Shown one piece after another: positions 51,015 to 62,929 of a DNA stretch of 64,000 nt; the stretch's first letter is position 1, and each line of letters begins with the position of its first letter. The position numbers and the translations under genes are program-made. The notes under the pieces were generated by a model, which worked only from the letters and a program-made list of their open reading frames with translations, ran no database searches and had not been told where the DNA came from. Origin of the DNA: Octopus sinensis (taxonomy: Eukaryota); contig NC_043020.1 in the NCBI RefSeq assembly GCF_006345805.1, forward strand, positions 18,290,001 to 18,354,000, read 5' to 3'.

Positions 51015-51340
51015 AGACAATAAACTATCAATAGCCAGGATCAGTTGAACCCTTTGGTCATGAATGACCATGGGATTACATCTAGAAAGTTACCCTCTGA
51101 GGCACAAGACCGAGCACAGTTATTCATGAAAGACCAGCAGTTGCCCAAGCATACCAGCCAGCCCTTTCCATACCACTGATGTTATCCATCGGAAAGGCAA
51201 GGCTGATATAGCTTGGCACCAGTGATGCTGCAATTCATTTCTATAAATAAAGTGTCTTGCTCAAGAACACAGCTCACAGCTCAGTCTGGGATCGAACTCA
51301 CTACCTATTGCTCTAACTGCTGAGTCATGTGCATCCATAG
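51015..51340 (-). mobile_element. Decayed tRNA-headed SINE
   Basis: GTGTCTTGCTCAAGAACAC...GGGATCGAACTC is a reversed CORE-like segment and B box. Confidence 0.5.
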
Positions 51341-51619
51341 CCAGGATCAACCAGTTCAGATAGTGAACTATAGCTATAATCTGTAGCTGTGGATCATTCA
51401 GGTGAGATATTTCAGCTGACAAAAGACCATTGTGACTGAAGACGACACTAGCCATTCATGTGTCATCACTCAGTAAAATGTATTTGTTTATACATCAACA
51501 ATAAATATACAACATGATCTGTAATGTTTGTTGATGCAAAGATTACTAAATTAGCAATTAATGATAGGTGTGGAAGATTTACATTTGTCCAGGCAAGTTG
51601 CCTGATCAAATGAATATTC

Positions 51620-51995
51620 TTTGCTACTCTAGGTACAAGGCCTGAAATTTTTGGGGAGGGGTCCAGTTGATTAGATCGACTCCAGTATGCAACTGGTACT
51701 TAATTTATCAACCCCGAAAGGATGAAAGACAAAGTCGACCTCAGCAGAATTTAGAACGTAAAGACCTATTTCTTTACTACCCACAAGGGGCTAAACACAG
51801 ATGGGACAAAAAAGGACAGACAAACGGATTAAGTCGATTCCATCGACCCCAGTGCATAACTGGTACTTAATTTATCGATCCCAAAAGGATGAAAGGCAAA
51901 GTCGACCTTGGCAGAATTTGAACTCAGAACGCAGTGGCAGACGAAATACCCCTAAACAGTTCACCCAGCATACTAACATTTCTGCCAGCTCGCTG
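51620..51995 (-). mobile_element. Two abutting or nested family B SINE copies
   Basis: ACTGGTACTTAATTTATC...GGATGAAAG-CAAAGTCGACC occurs twice. Confidence 0.7.
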
Positions 51996-52059
51996 ATTGA
52001 ATGAATATTACATGTGATAGAATACTCTGTGTGTATTTAGCATGTTTAATTTTTTAATC

Positions 52060-52242
52060 GCTTAATCTTTAACTTGTTTCAGTCAGTTAGACTGCAGCCA
52101 TGCTGGGGAACTGCCTTGGAGAAGTTTACTTGAATGAATTGACCCCAGGAATTCTATTGGATCTCTTTTGGTGAAACTCTAAGTTACCAGTATGCAAACA
52201 TACCAATACCAGTTGTCATGTGTTAGTGAGGGACAATCACAG

Positions 52243-52297
<55 letters not shown>

Positions 52298-53018
52298 CAC
52301 ACACAACAGGTTTCTTTTTCTGTTTCAGTCTACCAAATCCATTCACAAGGCTTTGGTCAGCACGAAGCTATAGCAGAAGACACTTGCTCAAAGTGTCACA
52401 CAATGGGACTAAATCTAGAACCATGGAGTTCGGAATCAAACTTCTTACCACACAGCCACATCTGTTTGAACAGTGATCTAAGATATTTTCCCTTAGGCTT
52501 GTTCCTGCTGTTTATAATCACCATCACTTCTTTTCTTCTATTCCAATATATGAAGTTCTCTTCTAAAGGCTTGAAGTTCATTAACAAGGTGCACCTCTGA
52601 CAGCAGCAGTTAAAATACTTCATTCTTCTTCTTTAACTCTTTTATTTGTTTCAATCATTTGACTGTAGCCATGCTGGAGCACCGCTTTTAGTCGAGCAAA
52701 TCAACACCAGGACTTATTCTTCGTAAGCCTAGTGCTTATTCTATCGGTGTCTTTTGCCAAACTGCTAAGTTACGGGGATGTAAACATACCAGCATCGGTT
52801 GTCAAGCGATGTTGGGGGGACAAACACAGACACACAAACATATACACAAACATATATACGCCGGGCTTCTTTCAGTTTCCGTCTACCAAATCCACTCACA
52901 AGGCTTTGGTTGGCCTGAGGCTATAGTAGAAGACACTTGCCCAAGGTACCATGCAGTGGGACTGAACCCGGAACCATGTTGTTCGTAAGCAAGCTACTTA
53001 CCATACAGCCACTCCTAC
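52060..53018 (-). mobile_element. Two family A SINE copies (about 52060-52460 and 52637-53018)
   Basis: Reverse-complement family A sequence. Confidence 0.8.
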
Positions 53019-53289
53019 AACTACTCCTATTGATGAATACTGTGGTGTGCTATGTTTGGTTTCTCACAGCAATAGAGTTGGCAATTACAGTTCTGGGTGA
53101 GTAAGGAGAAGACCTGTCAAAGATGTTTCATTTGATGTTGGGGAAATCACTTCAATGGCTCAGGAGTCTCCAAATAAAATGAAACAGAGAGGAGGAGTTT
53201 TTTCTATCCCTATACCTGAAGGAGTGCATATGTTGTGCATATCTTCCCTTAAAGTTGTTGCCTGTCAGCATCAGCATCCTCCTCCTCCT

Positions 53290-53640
53290 CCTCATCATCA
53301 TCGTCTAATGTTTGACTTCCATGCTAGCATGGGTGGGATGGTTTCACAAGAGCTGGCCAGGCAGAAGCCTCCACCAGACTTTTGTGACTGTTTTGGCAGG
53401 ATTTTTACAGCTGGATGCCCTTCCTAACACCAATCACTCAACTGAGTGGACTTAGTGCTTTTTATGTGGCACAAGCTCAGACGAGGTCAGTAGTGCTTTT
53501 TACATGGCACAAGCAGAGGCGAGGTCAGTTTTGGCAAGTTTTTTACAGCTGGATGCCCTTTCAAACACCAACCACTTAACAGTGTGGACTAGGTGCTTTT
53601 AAGTGGCACCTGCACTTACAGGGTCACTAAGTACTTGCAA
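53290..53640 (-). mobile_element. RTE LINE 3' UTR fragment
   Basis: CATCATCATCGTCTAATG...CCATGCTAGCATGGG; TACAGCTGGATGCCCTT twice. Confidence 0.7.
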
Positions 53641-53772
53641 GACCATAAAAAAAAAGTTTCAAGAGGAGAGGAGACACTGGGGGAGATGATCTTGTGTTGG
53701 ATGATGAAAGGTTATAGTGAGACAGAGACAGAAACAGGTATCTTGCTCGAGAGGAAGTACAAGGTTACCTGG

Positions 53773-53805
<33 letters not shown>

Positions 53806-54599
53806 TCAGGAATGAAGATAGAAACAGATGTGCTACTGCAAAGGAAATATATGGTTACCCAATTTGAAGAAAGTGCAGGAGAAAGAGAGAGAAAGAATGG
53901 GAAACAGCAGGTTAGAGATGGTGGCAAAATGCTGGGCATAATCACAAGAGATGGGGATCAGAATATAAACGAGATGGTCGAGTAAAGGAAGAGAGAGATA
54001 TGTGGTAAGTGCCAGGGCATACCTTTGAGGTTTAAATACCACAATATAAATGGCAGGATATTGTGAAGGAAGTGTGATTAAAGAGTGTGGAGGGGTGGGG
54101 GAGTGAGTGGCGAAAACCTGGGTATAGAGTCTATGGGGCTGCCGAATAGCAAGGATACAGAGGAACAGGGCTGTGAGGACAGGATTGGGGAGTGAGAGCT
54201 AGGCATAGTGAATGAAGGAAGAAATGTAAGAAAGAGAAATGTGGAGATGTTGACTGGTTTGTTGGGGTAGGGTGAGGGAAAAGTTTTGTTACATGTGGAA
54301 TTTCTTCTACAATTCTGCTAAAGATTCTGCAGTATTTCTACAGAGAGGATTGTATGGATTATCTTGCCACCCCATGTTAACCTTACCTTGTAAGTAAGTG
54401 CATTATTAAAGCCACTTCAATATCAACCTCTTCTACTTTTCAATATCACAACCCCTCCTTCTGAAGGCCCAAGGCTTTGGTAGGCTATTCACCAAAATCA
54501 GCTACCTCAATGTCAGAATCATTGCAGATGTTAAAAAGTTAAAACCATTTCACAATGATTCTTCTGATTCAAAACAGAATGTAACTGTCTTTTGCTGAG

Positions 54600-55245
54600 A
54601 AAGTGAAATTAAGCCCCAAAAACTGTGATAGTCAGCTGATGTCATTTGGAGTTTGATGGGTTTTTAAACACAAATTCTTGGGAAGAGATTCATTCACCAA
54701 GACAAAATTCTGCAGTGAATGTCAATGTGCTAGAATGTGTTAAAAATAAATGTACACTTCATTATTTTGATTCTTTTTGCTTTTTGTGCTTATAGTTAAT
54801 AAATTCCAACTTGACATGCTTTAGTACACACAGCAAATGTTTTGTCTGCCATTTTCCATATAGGAACATAAGTTCTTTTCTAGTACCGAATGACTGAGGC
54901 AGTGTCATTTATGTACAGAATATGTTAAAAATAAATGTACACTTAGTTATTTTGATTCTTTCTGTTTTTCGTGCTCATAGTTAATAAATTCCAACTTGAT
55001 AAGCCTTAGTACACACAGCAAATGTTTTGTTTGTTGTTTTCCATATAGGAGCATAAGTTCCTCTCCAGCTCCAAATGACTGAGGCAGTGTCTGTCACCAA
55101 GGAGGTGAAATTAAGCCAAAACTCAGTGTTTGCTAGTCTGCTGATGTTGTTTGGAGCTGGGTTTGTTTTTAAATACAAAATCCAAGACAAAATATCACAG
55201 TGAATGTCATTCAGATTATGTTGTACAGGTATGTGTTAAAAATAA
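54600..55245. repeat. Old diverged duplication arranged A-B-B'-A'
   Basis: TTAATAAATTCCAACTTGA at 54796 and 54981 (period 185); GTGAAATTAAGCC and CCAAGACAAAAT...CAGTGAATGTCA each occur on both sides. Confidence 0.75.
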
Positions 55246-55432
55246 ATTACATGAGTGTGCATATATGTACATTTGCATGTTGTGGTATATTGCTGTGTCA
55301 TTGTGTCAACCAGACAATTGGATGTTATTACAGAAGGGTGGCATGTGCACACAATGCACTTCGTTACATAGTTATAGCCTTGAAGTCTGAAAACAAGCAT
55401 GGATGTTTAGTACACACTTATGAAAATGCTTT

Positions 55433-55850
55433 GGGCTGGAGTGGTTGTGTGGTGAGACATTTGCTTCCCTATCACATGGTTCTGAGTTCAGTCTCACTGT
55501 GTGGCACCTTGGGCTATTGTATAGCCTCGGGCCGACCAAAGCCATTTGAGTGGATTTTGTAGACAGAAACAGAAAGAAGTGTGTGTGTGTGCACGTGTGA
55601 GTGCGTGCATATGCGTGTGCCTTTGTGTATGTGCTTGTCCCCTACCACTGTGTGACAACCGGTGTATTTATGTCCCCATAACTTAGCAGTTTGGCTAATG
55701 AGACTGATAGAATAAGTACCAGGCTTTACAAAAAAAAAATAAATAAATAAAAAACAAGTGCTAGGAACAATGAGTTCAACTAAAACTCTTGAAGGTGGTG
55801 CCCTAGCATGGCCACAGTCTAATGACTGAAACAAGCAAGAGGTAAAAGAT
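55433..55850 (+). mobile_element. SINE family A
   Basis: Head, centre and tail recognisable. Confidence 0.78.
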
Positions 55851-55934
55851 AAAAAACTTGTCAGTAACTGATTTTCCAAAAGATTCAGTGGAATTGTGTC
55901 TGTTTCCATGCAAATGAATAAGAAAATATTTTTA

Positions 55935-56460
55935 AATAATAATAATAATAATGAAATTATTGTATTCAGTGCTCAGGTGCACCACGACTTGTCAAAAGTG
56001 CAGATAAAGCATATGCAGTAATGTACAAATGTCTGGGAAGTGAACAGTGAATGAGTCAGATGCATGCTTGCGTGTATATGGAGGAGAGAAGATCAGGTGC
56101 AGTGTTGGCGAATTTCATGAAGCATGGAAGTTTTGAAGGATGCAGTGCTCCGACAACTAACAACTGATGCGGGCAGTTTGTTCCATACTTCAGCAACTCT
56201 TAGCATGAAAAAATGTTTCCGAAAGTCATGGGAGCTGTGCTGTTTTCTGACTTTGTAAACATGTCCACGGGTGTTAGATAGGTGGAGTTTGAAAAGGTGC
56301 TCAGAGTTATTGTTTGTAAGATGGTTAATAATTTTATGGGTGTCTTCCAAGTCAGCTGCCAGATGTCGAAGCTTCAATGTATCCATGCCCAGGGAAGTGA
56401 GGCATTCAGAATATGGCAAATGCCTGATGGAGTAATTTTTACCAAATGCCAAAGCTTTTG
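55935..56460 (-). mobile_element. 5'-truncated CR1-clade LINE: RT C-terminus, 3' UTR, (ATT)n tail
   Basis: SIRHLPYSECL...LSNTRGHVYKVRKQHSSHDFRKHFFMLRVAEVWNKLPASVVSCRSTASFK, stop at 56093; typical CR1 C-terminal motifs. Confidence 0.9.
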
Positions 56461-56461
56461 T

Positions 56462-56851
56462 CAAAAAAAGTTTTGTTGTTGCATGACAATGTAACCCCCT
56501 CAAGGCCACCCAGACCATTGAAACCATTAACCATTTGGGTTTTGAGGTGCTGGAACACCCTGCTACAGCCAGGTCTTGCCCCTTCCAACTATCATATCTT
56601 TGGACCTCTCAAAGATGGTTTATGACGTTGTCAATTTTCTACAGATGAAAATGTGAAGGAAGCACTGTATAAATGGTTGCACAACCAACTGAAAACCTTC
56701 TTGGAGGGAATTTGCAAGCTTGTGGACCACTGGACCAAGTGCATCGAAAAGGAAGGAGACTATGTAGAAAAGTGACATACTTATTTGTCCCCTGCTTTTG
56801 TGTAAATACATTGAAAAAGACAAGGGTGCATATAATTTTTGACTCTCCCTC

Positions 56852-56852
<1 letters not shown>
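56462..56852 (+). mobile_element. Mariner 3' half
   Basis: LLLHDN...GFEVLEHP...YHIFGPLKDGL...WTKCIEKEGDYVEK*; right TIR AATTTTTGACTCTCCCTCA followed by TA. Confidence 0.85.
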
Positions 56853-56908
<56 letters not shown>

Positions 56909-57003
56909 ATGTATATATATATATATGTATAAATATAATAATAATAATAATAATAATAGGGAGTATAACTCCCAACTTACAGGGAAAAATTCAATTTAGT
57001 ATT

Positions 57004-57103
57004 AACCTGAAGATTGACTATAATTTTAAATCAAATTTATTCCAATTGAATTTAAACTTAATTGTAATTCAAATTTAATTGTAGCAATGAAACGTACGTA
57101 GTT
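57004..57103 (+). ncRNA. Type I hammerhead motif, weak stem I, long AT-rich stem II
   Basis: AAC/GTT stem I (3 bp); CTGAAGA 57007-13; TTG(A)CTATAATT/AATTGTAGCAA; GAAA 57089-92; palindrome ACGTACGT; GUA 57098-100. Confidence 0.55.
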
Positions 57104-57325
57104 TTTTTACTTATTATATATTGATCATTCATTTTTATACTTTTTGAGATCTAGTTATAAGTTATATGTTTTATTAAAATATATATTATTTGTTATTTAT
57201 GTTTTGGTTTATGTCTATCACTGTTTGAGTTGCATAATAGTAGTTTTATCTCTAATTTATATTTTACGTATAAATATATATATTCATACATATATATATA
57301 TATATTATATATATACATATATATA

Positions 57326-58611
57326 CAGGGGGCAACAGGCAAATTAGAACAAATTTCGAATGGGTATACTTCTAATTGTATAGATTTTGTTGGAGTCTAA
57401 ATTTTAAATATTACCAGCTTGAATAATCACTTATACTATTTTGTATTTCAGATTGAACAAATTATGATTTTAATAAAGAATTAAACCTCTGAATTATTCC
57501 GTGCTAGCAAAAGTACTGGGGGGATTGTTAGAGTCACAAAGTATGCCAAATCTACTGTTTTTAGAGTTGTTGCCAATTTGAAGAAAAGTCAGGATGTTCA
57601 GAGAAAGCCTCACAGTCCTCATTGTGACTGAAAACACATATCTTACTTGTTAACAGGACTTGAAAGATCGATTGAGTTGAACCGATCAAAATTGCTGGTG
57701 ACATTGGCTCAAGATTAAGGAATAAGTAAAATGACCATTTCTAGGACTGTGAGACAAGACCTCCATATGAAATCATACATGGGGAGACACTGTAACATCC
57801 TAACAAGTTGCTTCAAAGCCATTCAAGCTGAAAGAAGTCACAAACTTCTTAGTCATCTGAAACATCATGGTAGCAACATCCGCATCTTTATGGATGAAAA
57901 GAAGTTCGTGATAGACAAAGTTGCAAACTGTCAAAACTCACGAGCGATAGCATATGACCATTCCCAAGTTTCTTCAGCTATGCATAGCAAGAATCCAGCT
58001 TCTATTATGGTCTTTGGAATTGTTGCAAGCAATGGGAAATTGATGCCTCCTCATTTTATTGATGTAGGTCTTAAAGTCAACACAGCAGAGTATCTCAAAA
58101 TTGTTACCTTGGATTAGGAAGCATTATGATGCAAGGCGAGTCATGTTTGTACAGGACTCTGTGCCAGCCCATTCTTTGAAAAGAGTGCAAGAATTTTTGA
58201 AGAAGGAATTGCCCATGTTTGCTCCTAAAAATATCTGGCCCCCTAGTTCACCAGATTTGAATCCATGTGGTTTTTGGCTATAGGTCACAGTTGAAGCAAT
58301 ATCCAACACAACTTCTCACAACTGTGTGTCTTCACTGAAGGTTTTGACCATGCGAGAATTTGATAAAGTGTAAAAGAAAGAAATAGTTAAGGCATGCACA
58401 TCATTTCATAAATTGATAGAACTGCTAAAGAAAGCAAATAGTGCTAAACACTCCACAATGAATTGGAATAAACAAAATTTGCAGTGTTTGATTTTTCCAA
58501 GTTATACCAATTATAATAATAATAATAATAATGAAATTATTGTATACAGTGCTCAGGTGCACCACAACTTTAAAGATATTTAAATGATTCCAAAGTACCT
58601 GTTACACCCTG
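57326..58611 (+). mobile_element. Full-length decayed maT (DD37D) transposon
   Basis: TA|CAGGGGGCAACAGG ... CCTGTTACACCCTG|TA; FMDEKKF, FVQDSVPAH, WPPSSPDLNPCG; 37 residues between the QD aspartate and the third catalytic position (GGT, one change from GAT); stops and a frameshift near 58105. Confidence 0.9.
58513..58570 (-). mobile_element. 58-bp CR1 3' tip nested in the maT 3' UTR
   Basis: (AAT)n-GAAATTATTGTATACAGTGCTCAGGTGCACCACAACTT matches 55935-55990. Confidence 0.8.
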
Positions 58612-58618
58612 TACATAT

Positions 58619-58661
<43 letters not shown>

Positions 58662-59084
58662 TGTATGTGTGTGTATGGTGGATATCTTTTAGTTTCCATG
58701 TAGCAAATCCACTCATAGAGCTATAGTAAAAGACATCTGCCCAAGGTGTCATGTCGTGGGACTGAAACCAAGACCTTGTGGTTTAGAAGCAAACTTCTTA
58801 TCACACAGTCACACTGATAACAATAAAAAATAAATACTAACAACAAACTGGAGTTGATTAATTTGACTGTAAAGTAGAGAGAAGGATCAGAAGACACTAG
58901 GGATGGTTTGTGCTGTCAGTTGGTGAGTTATAAACTGTTCAAAAGTGAAATAAATTGATTGACTTGAGTAAGAGAGGAAAATTTCATGCTTTGGACATGT
59001 GGTGATGGTAGTGATGGTGGTGATGTGCAAAGGTTGTGTGAGTGGTGATGAAAGTGATGGTGACGGTATGGAGAGGTAATGACT

Positions 59085-59670
59085 ATGGTGTTGGTGGTAG
59101 TTGTGTTGGTGGTGGTTGTGTTGGTGGTGGTTGTGTTGGTAGTGGTTGTGTTGGTAGTGGTGGTGGTGGTGATGGTGGTGGTGGTGGTGGTGGTGGTGTT
59201 GGTGTTGGTGGTAGTTGTGTTGGTGATGGTTGTGTTGGTAGTGGTGGTGGCGGTTGTGTTGGTGGTGGTTGTGTTGGTAGTGGTGGTGGTGGTGATGGTG
59301 GTGGTGGTGGTGGTGGTGGTGTTGGTGTTGGTGGTAGTTGTGTTGGTGATGGTTGTGTTGGTAGTGGTGGTGGCGGTTGTGTTGGTGGTGGTTGTGTTGG
59401 TAGTGGTGGTGGTGGTGATGGTGGTGGTGGTGGTGGTGGTGGTGTTGGTGTTGGTGGTAGTTGTGTTGGTGATGGTTGTGTTGGTAGTGGTGGTGGCGGT
59501 TGTGTTGGTAGCGGTGGTTGTGGTTTTAGTTGTGTTGGTGTTAATGGTGGTATTGATAGTGGTATAGGTGGTAGTGGTGGTGGTGATGATGGTGTTGATG
59601 TTGGTGTTGTTGTTGACGGTGGTATTAGTGGTGTTGATGTTGGTGGTGTCGTTGGTGTTGTAGGTGTTGA
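59085..59670. repeat. (GGT)n-derived repeat with a 123-bp higher-order period
   Basis: GGTGATGGT anchors at 59171, 59294, 59417; about 3 copies. Confidence 0.9.
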
Positions 59671-60016
59671 TGCTTCAATTGATGATATTTTTAGAAGAAA
59701 CTGAATGGATAGATTGGAAACAGTGAAAATATAAAAGAGTTGAAAAAACAAGAGAAAATATAAAAAACTGGAGGAGGATAAAGAAAAAGAAAAAGTGAGT
59801 GGGAGATTACAAAATCACTGACGTTGGACAGCAAATAAGGGAGATAACCTATGATAATAATGGCCATTTTGGAAATCATGCAAAGTTACCTGTACATTAG
59901 TATAAATCAGTGTTCCGTAAGATTTTGTCACTTGCAGTACACATATTTTTTTTAAAATTCGGTGGCACACCTGAGCTAAAAGTATAGGGAAGAATATCAT
60001 ATTCAGGTTACACTGC

Positions 60017-60237
60017 CGTTTGCCAGCCTCGTCTGGCACCTGTGCAGGTGGCACGTAAAAAGCACCCACTACACTCACGGAGTGGTTGGCGTTCGGAAGG
60101 GCATCCAGCCGTAGAAACACTACCAGATCAGACTGGGCCTGGCACAGCCTTCTGGCTTCCCAGACCCCAGTTGAACCGTCCAACCCATGCTAGCATGGAA
60201 AACGGACGTTAAACGATGATGATGATGGTGATGATGA
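60017..60237 (+). mobile_element. RTE LINE 3' UTR fragment, CpG-rich
   Basis: GGCACGTAAAAAGCACCCAC...GGACGTTAAACGATGATGATG. Confidence 0.85.
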
Positions 60238-60729
60238 CTGCGGCACACCTAGCATCGTCTCGTGGAACACCATTGTGCCGTGACATGCCAGTTGCAGAGC
60301 ACTCGTATAAAGGATACATGTTCATTAATACTGTACTGTGCAAGATACTAGTCTGTGCAAGGTACCGATAAACTAGTCTGGTGGTTGCAGGAATTTGAAG
60401 TTCCTGTTTCTATATTAGTGTGGATTACGAGAGCAAATGACAGGAAGCAGGACCGAGGACCAGAAGATGATTAATAAGGCCATTGATGAAGGTGAGTGCT
60501 AAATTTGAAAAGCGAAGAAGAGAAAGGAGTCAAGGTCAGGAGAAGAGAAGGAAGAAATGTATGTACAGATGAGGGATTGCTTAAATGTGAATATGTTAAA
60601 CAAGGAGAAGCTGATTAGGCAAATGCGATGCATTCATTAATGACTGAAGGTGAGGAAGTTCCTAGAGTAAAGATGAGATACTTTTCTTTATGTTAACGGT
60701 GTTTGCCATGTGTGCAAAGTGACTCTGCA

Positions 60730-61035
60730 AACTGAAAAGGGTTTTCAGTTTGCAAAAAATTGCCGAAAATCTTCAAATTCCTCTTGCTACTGTTAATAGA
60801 ATTATAGTGTAATTCAAAAGCCAAGAAAAAGAATCAGCAGATTCTCATCCTGGTTAATGTGGACCCTCAGAAAGGAAGCTTCACTGAGTGAAGGGAATTG
60901 TGGAAAACGAACCCCATTCAAAAGCTTCTGACATTGCAAATCAGCTAGAAGTCCAAGAATTTGTTTTAGATATCTGCATAAGCTTGGCTATTATGGATAA
61001 GAAGCTAGAAGAAAACCTCACCTTCAACCAATTAA
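60730..61035 (+). pseudogene. Tc1 transposase N-terminal (paired-like HTH) remnant
   Basis: SLQKIAENLQIPLATVNRIIV*...IVENEPHSKASDIANQLEV / RYLHKLGYYG*EARRKPHL. Confidence 0.7.
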
Positions 61036-61088
61036 TATCAAATAAAAGATTTTGAAAATTAAAGGTGCCTATTTACTTCCTGCATGTC

Positions 61089-61134
<46 letters not shown>

Positions 61135-61169
61135 GCAAGATTTTTATGTGAAGTTGTGTGTTGAAACAG

Positions 61170-61342
61170 ATATTGTTGTATTTCGGAATGGTCATTTTGC
61201 CAGTTTAGCCAATAAAAACATACGCACTAATAAGATTAATGTAAAAAATAAATAACACTGAAGCAAAGTAACACCAAATATATAGTGCGTGTGTTTTTAT
61301 TGGCTAAACTGGCAAAATGACCATTCCGAAATACAACAATAT
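61170..61342. repeat. Inverted repeat, 60-bp arms (1 mismatch), 53-bp spacer
   Basis: 61170-61229 versus 61283-61342. Confidence 0.9.
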
Positions 61343-61347
61343 ATATA

Positions 61348-61395
<48 letters not shown>

Positions 61396-61718
61396 ATAAG
61401 TTGAACACAGAAAGTGAAATCAATTGATACCAGGATGTCTATGATCTTATTTGAATTTTACTATATGTATCTTACAAGTGGGAGGACTGTTTTGGAGAAA
61501 TATATTTGCTATATTCTCCATGCGTGCTTACATATAGTGAGAGATACGTAGTTTTGGAGGGTTTTGACTCCTCTTTCAAGCAAACAAGTACTTATTGTGT
61601 CCTGACTTTTTATTATATATTTTACTTATTTGAATGTTTGCTAACAACCTTATCATTATTTTTATAGATAGTGATAACTTATTTGAACTTTTAAATTATA
61701 TATATATATATATATAAT

Positions 61719-61888
61719 AGGTGTAGGAGTGGCTGTGTGGTAAGTAGCTTGCTGACAAACAACATGGTTCCGGGTTCAGTCCCACTGCGTGACACCTTGG
61801 GCAAGTGTCTTCTACTATAGCCTTGGGCAAACCAAAGCCTTGTAAGTGGATTTGGTAGACGGAAACTGAAAGAAGCCTGTTGTATATA

Positions 61889-61926
<38 letters not shown>

Positions 61927-62225
61927 TAAATTACAGACAAAACCACTATTATATTCAATCCTAAATCTGATTTTTCCCTGTAAGTTTGGATTTATTCCCT
62001 AATATTTATTATATATATATGTGTATGTATGTATGTGTGTGTATATGTTTGTGTGTCTGTGTTTGGTGTGTTTACATCCCTGTAACTTAGCAGTTCAGCA
62101 AAAGAGACTGATAGAATAGGTACTAGGCTTACAAAGAATAAGTCCTGGGGTCGATTTGCTCGACTAAAGGCAGTGCTCCAGCATGACCACAGTCAAATGA
62201 CTGAAACAAGTAAAAGAGTGAAAGA
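61719..62225 (+). mobile_element. SINE family A with an 80-bp foreign block in its (TA)n tract
   Basis: Block 61927-62010 reverse-complements to AGGGAATAAATCCAAACTTACAGGGAAAAA, similar to 56958-56990 upstream of the 57004 hammerhead. Confidence 0.75.
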
Positions 62226-62929
62226 ATATATATATATATATATATATTTATGTATGTATGTATGTATGTATGTATGCATGTATGCATGTATGCATGTATG
62301 TATGTGTGTATGTATGTATGTATGTATGTGTGTATGTATGTATGTATGTATGTATGTATGTATGTGTGTCTTTGTGTTTGTATTTGTCCTTCACCACTGC
62401 TTGATAATTGGTGTTGGTGCATTTATGTCCCTGTGACTTAGCAGTTCAGCAAAAGAGACCAATGGCTTAAAGTCCTGGGGTCGATTTGTTTGACTAAAAA
62501 TTTTTCAAGGCAGTGCCCCAGCATGGCCGCAGTTAAATGACTGAAATAAGTAAAAGGTAAAAACAAAAATATAAATGGTAGTAGTTAGTATTAGCAATAG
62601 TAATGCTTAGGGTGGTGGTGGTGGTGATTGCGATGGTGGTGGTGGTGGCCATTCTGATTATGGGTGAATGTAAGGAAGTGGTTGTAGCAGTAAGAGTGAT
62701 AGTAAGAGGTTATTTGCTGAGGTGGTGATTGTCATTGTTGTTGTTGCTTAGCCCTGGGTCATCTCTAATTGAGCAGTCCTATGATCAAAGGCATTCCAAT
62801 TGGAAGGGAGGAGGCTGTTTGTGGTAAGGGTGATTAAAGACGGATTTAGTTGCTACTTCTTACAAATCAAGCTATCAAGTATGGAACCGTTCCACATTGG
62901 CTGGTGGCAGAGGTGGTGACATTAGAGAG

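Noticed and set aside
59042-59751. Gly/Cys-rich (220 aa), poly-Val and Pro-rich extensin-like ORFs
   Set aside because: Several frames on both strands are open because (GGT)n has no stops; no signal peptide or splice context; expression data would be needed to revive it
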